Shown here in pieces: positions 1-11,936 of a DNA stretch of 64,000 nt (the stretch's first letter is position 1; every line of letters begins with the position of its first letter). The stretch covers positions 1 through 64,000 of the forward strand of contig JBCBUK010000016.1 in assembly GCA_039818205.1 (NCBI GenBank), in the 5' to 3' direction. The position numbers and the translations under genes are program-made. The DNA is from Verrucomicrobiota bacterium (GTDB taxonomy: Bacteria; Verrucomicrobiota; Verrucomicrobiia; Opitutales; Cerasicoccaceae). The notes under the pieces were generated by a model. The model did not search any database, was not told the origin of the DNA, and worked only from the letters and a program-made list of their open reading frames with translations.

Positions 1-1334
1 TCCAAGGAGAGAATTTCGCATCGCCCACCGGACATGACCAATTCCAAGGCGACAAAACGATTGTTTCCTTCGAAGATTCAGGAAGCTAAGGCTGGCAAAT
101 CCGGGCGAATTTCTCCACGTCACCCGCAGAAACAAGTTGATAATAATGTCGGTATATCACGTCAGGCGAATTACCGGCCTCCCGAGCAACTTGCCTCTCA
201 TCGTTTGTTTCCGCCAATCGATAAGATATCCATGTATGGCGAAGGATATCCTTTACCCAGATCTTCGATAAGCCGGATTGCTCAATGGCCTGCTCTTGAA
301 GTTTCCGAAAGTTGGTTGGTTTGAGTGGGGATCTGGGATAGGCATTGAGCAAAAAATGCAGTGTAATTGAAATGGGAACGATCCGAATAGCTCGGCGACC
401 TCGGATCTTACCTTGGGCGACACGGATGCCGTCGGAAAGGATATCTTGCTCTCGAAGTATTTCTTGCTCACCTGGACGAAGTCCGGCGAACAATCGTAAA
501 GCCACTGCTCGAACTATCCGACCATCCTTCAACTTTCTGCATTCGCGGATAAATCGATCTGCTTCCTCAGGCGAGAGAATTGCTGGTTCCTTTGCGTCGA
601 TAGTAGGCTTTTCAATTCCCATGAGGGGATCAATCGCAAGCCAGTTACGCTTTCGGCAATAGTCGAAAAAACTGCTTAGAGTCGCATAATAACGCTTTAT
701 GCTCGCCGGAGAAAGATGGGGACGAGCCAAATAATCCTCACACGACTCTGAACTAACCTGATTCACCGTTTCAGCCAAAGAAAAAAGCTGAAACTCTCTC
801 AGCCTGTAACGAATTTCTCTGAGCGTCGCTGGACGCCGATTTGCTCTTTCCTTTGTCATAACAAAGTCGTCTATTGCATCGATGAACGGTTTCTGAGTAG
901 TCGATGGATGCCGTGCGATCCAATCGCGAGCAAGATCAACCAAAGAAACTCCGTGCCCTTCGATTAGGCGCTTTGCCGCTATATACTCTGCCCTCGCCTC
1001 GGCACCAAAAACAACACCCTCAATACCCTCGACGGCAATCGTATCGTTGAGTCGCTTTTGTTCAATTACAGCTTCCTTTTCCGTCTTAAAATGCTTACGA
1101 AACGGCTTCTTACCAGGTTGGTTCAAATATACCTGCCAAGGGTTAGATTTGTTGTTAACCCGATAAACTTTTGCACCCTCACTTCTGCGTCCCATTTGTC
1201 GACAACTATTTGACAAGAAAACTGCATTTTTCAAGAAATTTGAGACATAATTCCACTGATTTTTCGTTTACCTTGATAAATCACAAAAAATCCCGCAGAC
1301 GCTCTTTTCATGCGGGTTTCAGGGGTTTTAAAAT
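1..1334. mobile_element. Right edge of a putative integrative element inserted at tRNA-Thr; continues beyond the left window edge
   Basis: Integrase adjacent to the tRNA 3' end. The second att copy is not visible in the window. Confidence 0.55.
86..1195 (-). CDS. Tyrosine recombinase / phage-type integrase
   Basis: Catalytic motifs LFAGLRPGE (R), ILRHTW (RH) and YRHYY (Y). The usual second His is Asn (AGNS). Lies just downstream of a tRNA 3' end. ATG at 1195 (MGRRSEG) preferred over TTG at 1234. Confidence 0.9.
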   Translation of the reverse strand: MGRRSEGAKVYRVNNKSNPWQVYLNQPGKKPFRKHFKTEKEAVIEQKRLNDTIAVEGIEGVVFGAEARAEYIAAKRLIEGHGVSLVDLARDWIARHPSTTQKPFIDAIDDFVMTKERANRRPATLREIRYRLREFQLFSLAETVNQVSSESCEDYLARPHLSPASIKRYYATLSSFFDYCRKRNWLAIDPLMGIEKPTIDAKEPAILSPEEADRFIRECRKLKDGRIVRAVALRLFAGLRPGEQEILREQDILSDGIRVAQGKIRGRRAIRIVPISITLHFLLNAYPRSPLKPTNFRKLQEQAIEQSGLSKIWVKDILRHTWISYRLAETNDERQVAREAGNSPDVIYRHYYQLVSAGDVEKFARICQP

Positions 1335-1409
1335 GGAGCCGAGCATCGGATTTGAACCGACGACCTATTCATTACGAGTGAATCGCTCTACCAACTGAGC
1401 TAGCTCGGC
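1334..1409 (-). tRNA. tRNA-Thr(CGT)
   Basis: Reverse complement GCCGAGC-TA-GCTCAGTTGGTAGAGC-G-ATTCA-CTCGTAA-TGAAT-AGGTC-GTCGG-TTCAAAT-CCGAT-GCTCGGC-T-CCA; canonical 76-nt cloverleaf. Confidence 0.97.
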
Positions 1410-1482
1410 ATCGAAGAAACCAGTAGTCGAAACAACTGCGAGGTGGGACGTCAAGGCTGAAGTCGACGCATTCACGGATCTT

Positions 1483-2916
1483 ATGAGAGCTTGCTATTGC
1501 CCCCGGGCACAGCATGTTGAATCCATGTTCAAGTTGTGTGTACCATTCGTGGCCAAGCGCTTCGGTTTAATCGCCCTCGTATTGTGTGCGGCGATCGGCT
1601 CCGACGCGAAACCGCTTGGAGATTCCGCCTCCAATCCGAGTGAACTGGAACGTGAGGGCTTCGACCAATTGCTCAACAGTGTGGTCCGCCTGGACGTTTG
1701 GGAAACAACTTTCCATGGGGGCGCAAAGCGCACCGCGCGCGGTGTTGGAAGTGGCGTCATTATGACCGAAGATGGCGTGATTCTAACCAATGCCCACGTG
1801 GTTAATCCCTACGCCGAACGTATTTCGGTAACGCTCAATAACCTGGAGCGCGTGCCTGCCGAACTCATCGGTTGGGATCACTGGACCGATCTTGCGGTTG
1901 TGAAGCTCGATGCCGATGAGATCGCGGATCGCGGTCTTCAGTTTTCTCATGCTGAGTTCGGTAATAGTAATGAGCTGCGTCCTGGAGAACCCGTTTACGC
2001 CGTCGGCACGCCCAATGGATTAACCCGGACGGTGACTCGCGGTATCATTTCCAATACGAATCGTTTCTTCGAAGGCCGAACCGTTGGCGAAGGCTACGAA
2101 ACCGGCAATTTCAACACTTGGCTACAAACCGATGCGGCAATCAATCCTGGCAATAGCGGCGGCCCGCTTGTCTTGCCCGATGGCAAAGTTATCGGAATCA
2201 ACACGCGAGGCTATCTGGGGTCGAACAACCTGGGCTTTGCTGTTCCGAGCAACATCGCCCATAAAGTCCTTGAGCAACTTGTTGTAGCCGATTCGGTTGT
2301 TCGTAGCTACGTGGGCATCATCCCAGGGGCGCTACAAGATCTTGAGAATTTCTATCAGTTGGAGGCCAATCAAGGTATGCTGGTTCAAAGTATCGACCCT
2401 GGATCGCCCGCGGCCGAAGCTGGCCTGCGAGCAGGAGATATCATCTTGAGCTTAGACGAAGAATCGGTCGACGGACGTTTTCCGGAGCAGCTCCCCGCGA
2501 TCCAAAATAACATCGCCAGCCGCCCCGTGGGCAGCGAGATCAACCTACAGTTGAAGCGTGGCAATGAATCAAGCGAGATCGCCCTTGTGACGGAGCCTCT
2601 CGAAAGCCGCGTTGGGGCAATGGAAGCATTCGAGGATTGGGGAGTAACGGTTCAACGCATTTCCAAAGCAGTCGCCCGCGAAGAGAAGCTAAAGTCTTCC
2701 GATGGGGTTCGCGTCATGGGCGTTCAAGCTGGGTACCCAGCATCGGAAGCGGGTGTCCGCAAGAATGACATCATTCTCCAGGTTGGCGACCAGGCGATTA
2801 CAACGCTGGATTCGCTTCAAACAGCCTATGATGCCTGGGTTGCCGATCCGACAAAGATCCTGGTGGAAGTTGAGCGAGATCGCCGCGTATCGTACCTCGC
2901 CCTCAAGCCGCGCTAG
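1483..2916 (+). CDS. HtrA/DegP-family serine protease with two PDZ domains
   Basis: LTNAHVV (His), TDLAVVK (Asp), QTDAAINPGNSGGPL (Ser) and C-terminal PDZ repeats. The true start may be a later Met. Confidence 0.95.
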   Translation: MRACYCPRAQHVESMFKLCVPFVAKRFGLIALVLCAAIGSDAKPLGDSASNPSELEREGFDQLLNSVVRLDVWETTFHGGAKRTARGVGSGVIMTEDGVILTNAHVVNPYAERISVTLNNLERVPAELIGWDHWTDLAVVKLDADEIADRGLQFSHAEFGNSNELRPGEPVYAVGTPNGLTRTVTRGIISNTNRFFEGRTVGEGYETGNFNTWLQTDAAINPGNSGGPLVLPDGKVIGINTRGYLGSNNLGFAVPSNIAHKVLEQLVVADSVVRSYVGIIPGALQDLENFYQLEANQGMLVQSIDPGSPAAEAGLRAGDIILSLDEESVDGRFPEQLPAIQNNIASRPVGSEINLQLKRGNESSEIALVTEPLESRVGAMEAFEDWGVTVQRISKAVAREEKLKSSDGVRVMGVQAGYPASEAGVRKNDIILQVGDQAITTLDSLQTAYDAWVADPTKILVEVERDRRVSYLALKPR

Positions 2917-3143
2917 TTAGGTGCGGAGGCAACGAAATTGGCCAGTTGCCAAACAAATACCTAGGAAACGGCGCAGCGGCACAATCGACTCAATAGCTGA
3001 TTATCACTCGCGTCGGCGGGAATGCTTGGTTGCGCCAGGAAAAATAGTCCTGCTTGTTTTACAAACTGGTAGAATTATTGCTGTCCACGGCAATTCCCTT
3101 GCACTGGCAGCGACATTGCTGAATCTGTGCGTATATTTTTCAC

Positions 3144-4103
3144 ATGGTTCCTCAGCAGCATCCTTTTCCCTTTGACCCAACCTATGGATACACGTTGGAG
3201 GACCTTCTCGCGATCGAACAACCGCCAGAAGTCGTCGACTTTAAACCATTTTGGACAACGGCCTATCGCGAGGCCATGAACGTGAAGCCCAAAGCCCGGG
3301 TTGTTGACACTGGCTACACCAAAAAGGGCTGGCGCCTTTACGATCTATTTTACACGTCAACGGGCGGAAAAAAAATTGGTGGATGGATGGTCGTACCAAC
3401 TGCAGGCCCAATCCGCCGAGGCTTCGTCATCGGCCATGGCTATGGTGGACGGGCAAATGGTGATTTCCACTATCCGCTGGAAGAATCGGTTATCCTGTTT
3501 CCATGCATGCGCGGGCAAAGCCGAAGCCCAAACCCGCCCATTTCGGAAAATCCGCAGTATCACGTTCTCCACGACATCGACAAGCCCGATCGCTATGTAA
3601 TCCGAGGCTGCGTTGAAGACACTTGGCTGGCCTTTACGGTGCTCCTAAACCTCTTCCCCAACGTCGCGGGACACCTCGGATATTTGGGCGGGAGTTTTGG
3701 TGGTGGGCTGGGCGCCCTCGCCCTTCCGTGGGACGATCGCGTTCAGATGGCTCATTTCCGCGTGCCCACCTTTGGCCATGTCCCCTTGCGTATGCAATTG
3801 CCCAACGTTGGCAGTGGTGCGGCGGTAATTGAGTTCTCCCGACGCCACCCTGGCATGGCAGAGAACACGCTCCAATACTACGATGCGGCCGTCGCTGCGA
3901 AATACCTCAATATCCCCGTCCATTGCGCTTGCGCCCTGTTCGACCCAGCCGTGGCTCCACCCGGACAATTTGCGGTCTACAACGCCCTAGCCGGCCCGAA
4001 AGAGCTCTATGTATTGGATGCCGGACACTTTCCCTATGACCGCGAAGAAGTGCAGAATGTCGAGGTCATGGCTGAGATTGAAAAATTTTTCAAAGAACTG
4101 TAA
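3144..4103 (+). CDS. Acetylxylan esterase / cephalosporin-C deacetylase-like (CE7)
   Basis: HGYGG, RGQ, nucleophile GGSFGG, D..PP..FA.YN and AGH motifs. Confidence 0.85.
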   Translation: MVPQQHPFPFDPTYGYTLEDLLAIEQPPEVVDFKPFWTTAYREAMNVKPKARVVDTGYTKKGWRLYDLFYTSTGGKKIGGWMVVPTAGPIRRGFVIGHGYGGRANGDFHYPLEESVILFPCMRGQSRSPNPPISENPQYHVLHDIDKPDRYVIRGCVEDTWLAFTVLLNLFPNVAGHLGYLGGSFGGGLGALALPWDDRVQMAHFRVPTFGHVPLRMQLPNVGSGAAVIEFSRRHPGMAENTLQYYDAAVAAKYLNIPVHCACALFDPAVAPPGQFAVYNALAGPKELYVLDAGHFPYDREEVQNVEVMAEIEKFFKEL

Positions 4104-4127
4104 TTTCGCCGCTACTACACACTACTC

Positions 4128-4979
4128 ATGAAAACTAAAGCCAAGGTGAGCACAAAAACAGCCACGAAAAAAACGAAACGCATGCCGACCGATCCTGCGC
4201 CCGAAGGTCACGAGCCACAACCAGCCGTTCCCAATGATCCGCGACCACCGATCAAACGGGAATACCACAAATGGAAGAGCCCACGCTTGGAGCGGGAAAT
4301 GGAGCTGCTGGTCTTCGGTCACTCGGGCACGAAAATCCTAATGTTCCCGACCGCTGGAGGTCGCTTCTACCAATACGAAGACCTGCGAATCATCGACCGC
4401 CTGCGCGACCGCATCGCCGAGGGGCACTTGCAAGTCTATTGCCTCGACGCCATCGACGGAGAGAGTTTCTACTGCTGGTGGGCCGAGCCCCGCGGACGGA
4501 TCGAGCGCCACATGAAGTACGAGCAATACATCCTTGAGGAGGTTTTTCCGTTCATGGAGTCGCAGAACCCGGGCACACCGGTCATTTCTTACGGCTGTAG
4601 CCTTGGTGCCTTCCATGCGTCCAATATCGCATTCCGCCACCCTCACCTTTTCTGTAAGCTTTGCTCATTTAGCGGACGTTTCGACCTAACGACCCACATG
4701 AATGGTTTTCGCGACCTGTTCGATGGCTACTACGACCAGGACATCTATTACCACACACCATTTCATTTCGTACCCAACCTCAAAGAGCACCGCATCCTTG
4801 AGGCCATCAGGCGGATGGATATCCAGATCGTAATCGGCAAGGAAGACGCCTTTTACAAGCACAACATCGCAATGAGCACCTCGCTTCGCAAAAAAGGAAT
4901 CCCGCATAAACTCCATACTTGGGGCGAGGAGGCACACCGTGGCTATTATTGGCGGCGGATGACTAGCAACTACGTATAA
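4128..4979 (+). CDS. Alpha/beta-hydrolase esterase family protein
   Basis: W.S..L.R.M...VFGH.G, FPT..GRF, GCSLG nucleophile elbow and C-terminal H...W. Confidence 0.8.
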   Translation: MKTKAKVSTKTATKKTKRMPTDPAPEGHEPQPAVPNDPRPPIKREYHKWKSPRLEREMELLVFGHSGTKILMFPTAGGRFYQYEDLRIIDRLRDRIAEGHLQVYCLDAIDGESFYCWWAEPRGRIERHMKYEQYILEEVFPFMESQNPGTPVISYGCSLGAFHASNIAFRHPHLFCKLCSFSGRFDLTTHMNGFRDLFDGYYDQDIYYHTPFHFVPNLKEHRILEAIRRMDIQIVIGKEDAFYKHNIAMSTSLRKKGIPHKLHTWGEEAHRGYYWRRMTSNYV

Positions 4980-5008
4980 CGCAGGCTTCCCTCCAGAATC
5001 TCGCATAG

Positions 5009-6472
<1,464 letters not shown>

Positions 6473-6498
6473 GCGTCCGGTAATATATATTTCTAACG

Positions 6499-6525
6499 GC
6501 GGTGCCCCTAGGGCACCGCTTTTTT
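6499..6525 (+). terminator. Rho-independent terminator after eno
   Basis: GCGGTGCCC-cta-GGGCACCGC followed by a T run. Confidence 0.85.
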
Positions 6526-6595
6526 GTGCCCGTGCTCCAGGAAGAAATTCGGGTTCGTTTTGACTTCGGGCGCGAGTCAGCATTTATAAGAGGCT

Positions 6596-7060
6596 ATGAA
6601 TAAAAATCCACAAACGCTCCTTCTCACTTTAGTGGCCGCCGTTGCCATGATCTTTTCCACCCAAACGGCGTCGGCTCACTGCCAAATCCCGTGCGGCATT
6701 TACGATGACGACGCCCAGGTGAAGCTTATGCTGCTTGACGCCACAACCATCAAAAAGTCGGCGACCGAGATCAATAACCTCGCCGGTAAGACAGATCCCC
6801 AGTCTGCGAACCAATTGGCTCGCTGGGTAACCAATAAGGAAGCGCATGCGGAAAACGTCATCAACACCATCAGCAACTACTTCCTTACCCAACGGGTGAA
6901 AGCCAGCCAATCTGACTACGCTGAGCGCCTAAAGCGCCACCATGCAGTTATGGTTGCCGCAATGAAGTGCAAGCAAAGCGCCGACCCGGCCAAAGCCGAT
7001 GAGCTAGCTGCGGCGATCCTCGTCCTGCGCGCCTACTACCCTGAAACGCACAAACACTAA
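6596..7060 (+). CDS. sodN: Nickel superoxide dismutase with N-terminal signal peptide
   Basis: Ni-hook HCQIPCGIYD directly after an ASA signal-peptidase site; RWV..KE.HA and FLTQRVK motifs. Confidence 0.92.
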   Translation: MNKNPQTLLLTLVAAVAMIFSTQTASAHCQIPCGIYDDDAQVKLMLLDATTIKKSATEINNLAGKTDPQSANQLARWVTNKEAHAENVINTISNYFLTQRVKASQSDYAERLKRHHAVMVAAMKCKQSADPAKADELAAAILVLRAYYPETHKH

Positions 7061-7080
7061 GATCTGCCAAACGAATTTCC

Positions 7081-7111
7081 AAAAAGCCGGTCCCAATGGG
7101 CCGGCTTTTTT
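7081..7111. terminator. Bidirectional terminator between convergent genes
   Basis: AAAAAGCCGGTCC-caat-GGGCCGGCTTTTTT. Confidence 0.85.
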
Positions 7112-7114
7112 GTT

Positions 7115-7801
7115 TTAGAACTTCCGATCAATGACGCGGGTCTCAAGCTTGCCGTAAACAATTTTATTCTCTGCCAAGTAGCCTCCAAAGGGTAAGCTCG
7201 GCATCACTATCGACTTTCGGCAAAGGACCGTTCCCGGCTGAATCACTGAGTTGCACCCTGCCTCAGAATGGTCCCCAAAAATTGCTCCAAACTTGCGCAA
7301 GCCGCTGTCCACAACGCGGTCCGGCAACTTTACCGGAACGCTCAACTGATCCAGGCGAAGATTTGCGAGAATGACCCCAGCGCCCAAATGCGCCTTCTTT
7401 CCAAGGATTGAGTCACCCACGTAGTTGAAGTGAGGAATCTGGGCGCCATCAAGCACGAGACAGTTCTTAAATTCGCAGGAATTTCCGAGGACACAGCCCT
7501 GCCCCACGATTACCTTTCCTCGGATGTAGGCGCCCGGACGAATTTGTGTCTCCGGCCCAATCCAGCAGGGTCCTTCGATAACCGCGTGTGCAGGCAGCTT
7601 GACTGAGGGGTGAATATAGACGTCGCCCGAGATGTGGACGCCAGCCGGAATATTATCATGGCTCTCGGCCGATGCCCAATCGAAGGCCGCCAGTGCTTTT
7701 TGAATCTGCGGTATCCACGCCCACGGTTCCGCATCAGCCGGGAAATACTCGGCAAAGAGATTCAAGCTTTCAGGAAAAGTCAGTAGCTCGGAGGCTTTCA
7801 T
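7115..7801 (-). CDS. Hexapeptide-repeat (left-handed beta-helix) acyltransferase, GlmU C-terminal-like
   Basis: IEGPCWIG, IRPGAYIRG, HFNYVGDSILG, HLGAG..LAN and RKFGAI.GD. Confidence 0.85.
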   Translation of the reverse strand: MKASELLTFPESLNLFAEYFPADAEPWAWIPQIQKALAAFDWASAESHDNIPAGVHISGDVYIHPSVKLPAHAVIEGPCWIGPETQIRPGAYIRGKVIVGQGCVLGNSCEFKNCLVLDGAQIPHFNYVGDSILGKKAHLGAGVILANLRLDQLSVPVKLPDRVVDSGLRKFGAIFGDHSEAGCNSVIQPGTVLCRKSIVMPSLPFGGYLAENKIVYGKLETRVIDRKF

Positions 7802-7863
7802 AAGGGGCAAAGTAGGTATCTCTCACCCCGTGTCCAGTCTAGCCATGAAGATTTTTCATCCCA

Positions 7864-8934
7864 TTAAGCGCCGACCTTTGCTGTTGACTGATCTGCGTAG
7901 CTCAGGCCGGGATCGGTCAGGCGAAGATCATCATCGAGCGAAAACTTAGGCGGTATCGATAGGTTCTGGAGTTCACCATGATAGGCCTTAACCGCTTCTT
8001 CAGCCGTAAGCTCATCCTCAGCAAGCATTCTCAAGAATCGAACAAAGGTCAACGGGTGCTCGGCTTCCTTGATTTTGCGACCATACAAGGCGACACGGGC
8101 TCCATATTTTTTCGCTTCGGTGAGCTGTTTGAAGGCGTCGTAGGTAGTACCACTTCCGCCACCCAGAATACCGACAACAAGATCTGAATCGTAGGCCGCA
8201 AGTTCCTCCATTGGCCGTGGTCCAAAGTATGGTATCTTGAGAAATTTCGGCCAGTGCCCGCGAGCAACGCCAGCCAAAGCCCGCACCAAACAATCATTCA
8301 CAAAGTAAGGAATATCCTCCGCAGGAATCCCGCAGGAATCAACATTTGGCGCAAAGACCTCAAGGAAGTATTCGAACCCGGACTTCGCGGCGTCCGCACG
8401 AAACTCACGAAACGCCTGGAGGCTTTCAAAGTCAGCATCCAGTTCATTGTTGAAAGTGATTGAGTAGAGACCGAGGTTTACCTTCGGTTCACCGTCCGCA
8501 GGCGCGTCTAGTCGCCCGTATTGAGCCTCATGAATATAGGCTGAGCGATAGGGCCTCGACGGTCGATCTCGGTAATTCGCCACGCGGCTGATCCAAACAT
8601 CACTGGTATCATTTGCGCGGATCGCTGGCGTTACCGGACTGTCCGCAAAGACGTCCCGCTCGTGCGCTAGTTGACTCATGACTGAGTTCGAAGCGAGCAG
8701 AATATCGATCAACCCGCTCGCCACCATCTCGAGCATCTGATCGCGGAAGGCATCCATTGATTGGTACCGGTTATCACTGCCACTTGGGTAAAGTCGCCCT
8801 GGGCTCGAGATTCCCCAGGCCATGTCAGCATCCTTGGCATCGGCAATGATGAACTCGTTTGCTGACGGGTTCTGTTTAAGTATCGATAACTTTTGGTCCA
8901 GTGACTTCATTGGTTTCCTTCGATTCATGTTCAA
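7864..8934 (-). CDS. Uncharacterised TIM-barrel protein, probably a class I aldolase
   Basis: FLEVF, FLKIPY (candidate Schiff-base Lys), GILGGG and ALYGRKI; last gene of the isomerase-kinase operon. Confidence 0.5.
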   Translation of the reverse strand: MNMNRRKPMKSLDQKLSILKQNPSANEFIIADAKDADMAWGISSPGRLYPSGSDNRYQSMDAFRDQMLEMVASGLIDILLASNSVMSQLAHERDVFADSPVTPAIRANDTSDVWISRVANYRDRPSRPYRSAYIHEAQYGRLDAPADGEPKVNLGLYSITFNNELDADFESLQAFREFRADAAKSGFEYFLEVFAPNVDSCGIPAEDIPYFVNDCLVRALAGVARGHWPKFLKIPYFGPRPMEELAAYDSDLVVGILGGGSGTTYDAFKQLTEAKKYGARVALYGRKIKEAEHPLTFVRFLRMLAEDELTAEEAVKAYHGELQNLSIPPKFSLDDDLRLTDPGLSYADQSTAKVGA

Positions 8935-10054
8935 TATTCCCGCTTCCCCATGCGCTCAGAAACTCAACCAGCTCTGGCCAGTTGGCACTCCTACTCTTTC
9001 GAACAAAGAAGCCTGAGGAAGCGGTCCCCAAATATAAACAACCAGCTTCATCTAAGCCGAGCAGCTTGCCGGCAAGCAGCCCAGCATTGAACCGATCCCC
9101 AGCCCCCGCGCTCCGTTGTGGTCGCTCACAAAAAGGTCCATCAATCGTCACAGCCCTACTGCCTTGGGCCATTGTTGCGCTCGCTAATAAATGAATACAA
9201 ACCGTATCGATCTGCAGCCGATGGCGTAATTCGATCGCTAGTTTCTCGATTGCAGATCGATGGTCTCCAAGATCATCCATGTCCAAAGCCAGTGCGAGCT
9301 GCTTGGCCTCATTGCCGTTCAAGCTAAGGGTCACTGGCCCGATCGATTCAAACTCACACAACGCACTGACCATGTTTCTCAGGTCGCCTACTGGGCGACT
9401 CGCGGGGTCGGCGAGATCGAAGAGGAACTGAGGCTGATTCGTGATACCCGCAAGAACCTCACGACAAAGATATTGCCAACACGCGGTCATGTAGGGATAG
9501 ACCGACCAACTGGTGAACACAATTGCGCCCGCCTGTTCACAAGCACGGCGAAAGACTCCGTCCGCCAGGTTTTGCCGTAAATAGCTGGGCGTAAACTCTG
9601 CGAAGTGGCTGAACGAACAGAGCATGAGTTTGCCGTCATCAAACTCACTCACCAAGGCTCGACCCGGTTGCATACCCAATGGGTAAACACTCTCGCACTT
9701 CTCCGTGAAACTCTGGAACGCAGGATGTGGCGGATCACCAACGCCAGTAAATGCCGTCAAAGGAAATCCAAGACTCGCAACGCCGTCTCCCATGTTAACT
9801 GCGCAACCGCCAGCTAGGACCTCCTCACATACAAATTCCCGCGAGCCGCTATGCCCGGCCGATGCCATTGCCCATTGGCCAAAGGATGACATAGAAGCCA
9901 TCGGGGCATATGCTTCGGGAGACGTTCGTTCGCCCACAATGCGAATCGATTCATCGAGAAATGCATCGAACCCAATAACCACCGGCATCTCCTGAATTGA
10001 ATGACGGGCACAAGCCAGACGATCAGCGAGCCTAAGAATCGTATTGTTTTTCAT
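8876..10054 (-). CDS. PfkB/ribokinase-family carbohydrate kinase
   Basis: GGCAVN, N.NE and the SAGAGDRFNAG signature. Confidence 0.85.
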   Translation of the reverse strand: MKNNTILRLADRLACARHSIQEMPVVIGFDAFLDESIRIVGERTSPEAYAPMASMSSFGQWAMASAGHSGSREFVCEEVLAGGCAVNMGDGVASLGFPLTAFTGVGDPPHPAFQSFTEKCESVYPLGMQPGRALVSEFDDGKLMLCSFSHFAEFTPSYLRQNLADGVFRRACEQAGAIVFTSWSVYPYMTACWQYLCREVLAGITNQPQFLFDLADPASRPVGDLRNMVSALCEFESIGPVTLSLNGNEAKQLALALDMDDLGDHRSAIEKLAIELRHRLQIDTVCIHLLASATMAQGSRAVTIDGPFCERPQRSAGAGDRFNAGLLAGKLLGLDEAGCLYLGTASSGFFVRKSRSANWPELVEFLSAWGSGNIEHESKETNEVTGPKVIDT

Positions 10055-10058
10055 CGTT

Positions 10059-11572
10059 CTAGCGGCTTAGGCCGTAGTTGGTCGTTGATTGGCTAAGCGG
10101 CACTTCACTCAACCCACAAAAGTGATTCATCATACGGAGTTCCTCGAGCCAATGCCCGTAGCCGACACTCCAGTGGTGGTCGAGACCCGCATCAAAAATT
10201 GTCCCCATAATTTGGTTAAGTGTTGCCTCGCCCGTTGCCTGGAAGAGCCCATAGGTTCCGCGATACTCAAGTGGCGTGTCGACAAACTCCCCTTCGAAGG
10301 CAAACCATCGGGCGGCATCGGGTGCCAGGAATCGCATTACGGTCACCGGCCCATTCGCGAGTAGGAATTCCAACATAAGGCCGACTGCATTCGTCGGGTC
10401 ACCGTTCTCGAGGATCGAGTGTCGAGTCGCTGAGAATTTTGACCCCGGCTTCAACAGACGCGTTGGTGAGGCGCCACAATGCCAAATGCCCAATCGGTCT
10501 TCCGCCTGTTTCCACAAGGATAGATCCATCATCGTTGGAATCGCTTCGCCGTTGGAAAGCAACGAAAGAGCAAGCGATGATAACAAGCCATTCATCTCAC
10601 CTTCCTCGGCAACACAGAAGCCGAAATCGTTCATCATGGAAACCGAGCCATCAATCGCGCATCCATAGCATTCAAACAAATCGGGCCAGCTCTTTACCGT
10701 CGCCCCGAGATATCCTTGCTCGGCTGCGAGATCCAAAATACCGAGGCCAAAACGATAGGTCTGCATAATTTGTTCGTCCGGTAGATCGACTCGCTCACAA
10801 CTAGGATGCGCGATCAAGGCGTCTTTTAGCCGGGCAACATCAGCATCGCAGAAGCGTGATTGAGCATGCTGGTAGACGGTTTCGATATCGACACGGTCAA
10901 ACCGGCATCCCAAGTTCTTCATTACCGCAAGCTCATCCACCTCACCGTCGTAAAACCCGGTAACTCGTGAACCGCCAACGTGCAGAAGCTTGGCATGGAA
11001 GAATGAATGGCGAGCATAGGCGGCTCGGCAGAACCGCTCGATCAACGGAACTGCCCGGCGGTCAATCTCTTCGTGCAGCCACGCATACGTCGCACCCATC
11101 TGCTGCCACATTTGCAGAAGGAAGTTCTGGCAGGTCAGGCTATTGGCCTCGTTACTCCCGCCGGTACCCGTTTCCGGCCACGCCCACGAGAGAATTGGCG
11201 TTTTATGGTCCAAGAGCCAACGCCCGAGATAAGCCCCAATCTCTCCTGCGGTGTAAGCCGCATGGAATAGAACGATGCCCGCAATTCCATCTCGATAGAC
11301 TGAATCGAGGTAGGCACAGAGCTCCTCCGGGTTCTCAAATGGCTCTTCGGCACAAAGCGTGTCAACGGGCAGGCCTTCGATCGATTCGTTGAGGACCGAG
11401 TATGCCCTTCGATAGCGGTCGCATGCCTTATCCCACGGGAAGTGCGCCTTCACCCCACAAGCGATCATTACAATCCGAGCACGCCTTGGGGATTTTAACG
11501 GGGCGACCAGCTCGGACAAGGTGTCATCGAGGATACCGTTGGTCGGCAGCGGAGGTAATGCGGTCTGGAACA
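10059..11572 (-). CDS. L-fucose/L-arabinose isomerase-family protein
   Basis: EANSLT, KSWPD, AEEGEMNG, MMD, WHCG, GPVT..R and GLDHH.S..YG motifs. Start uncertain (ATG 11572 or TTG 11603). Confidence 0.75.
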
Positions 11573-11770
11573 TAGAACCAGTATACCGGAAGCGACGCTT
11601 CAATACTACATCTCAACTGGCGAATACTGATACTCTGTTAACTTAAACTAATTAATCAGCATTTCTGCAGTAAATATTCTAATCTTTTCAACTCTGATAC
11701 AATATCATCAACTATCCCGTTGACCCAACTAGCATGTTCTTATTTATTAAATGCTCAACCACCTATAATC

Positions 11771-11911
11771 ATGCGTCTATTTTCGAGAGACATATTTAGG
11801 ACATTCGGCTGCGAGGGCTCCATCATGAGTTCTCAGTGGCAACGGTATGTCCATATCTCCGGGATCAATCTGCATGAGCAAAAACACTATTCTGCATCTC
11901 TACATCGATAA
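11771..11911 (+). CDS. Putative leader peptide 1 (46 aa, MRLFSRDIFR...)
   Basis: Short ORF between a TTGACC box (11720) and a terminator; contains a copy of the terminator 3' arm. Confidence 0.4.
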   Translation: MRLFSRDIFRTFGCEGSIMSSQWQRYVHISGINLHEQKHYSASLHR

Positions 11912-11936
11912 GTAATTCAGCCATCAGACTATTTAG

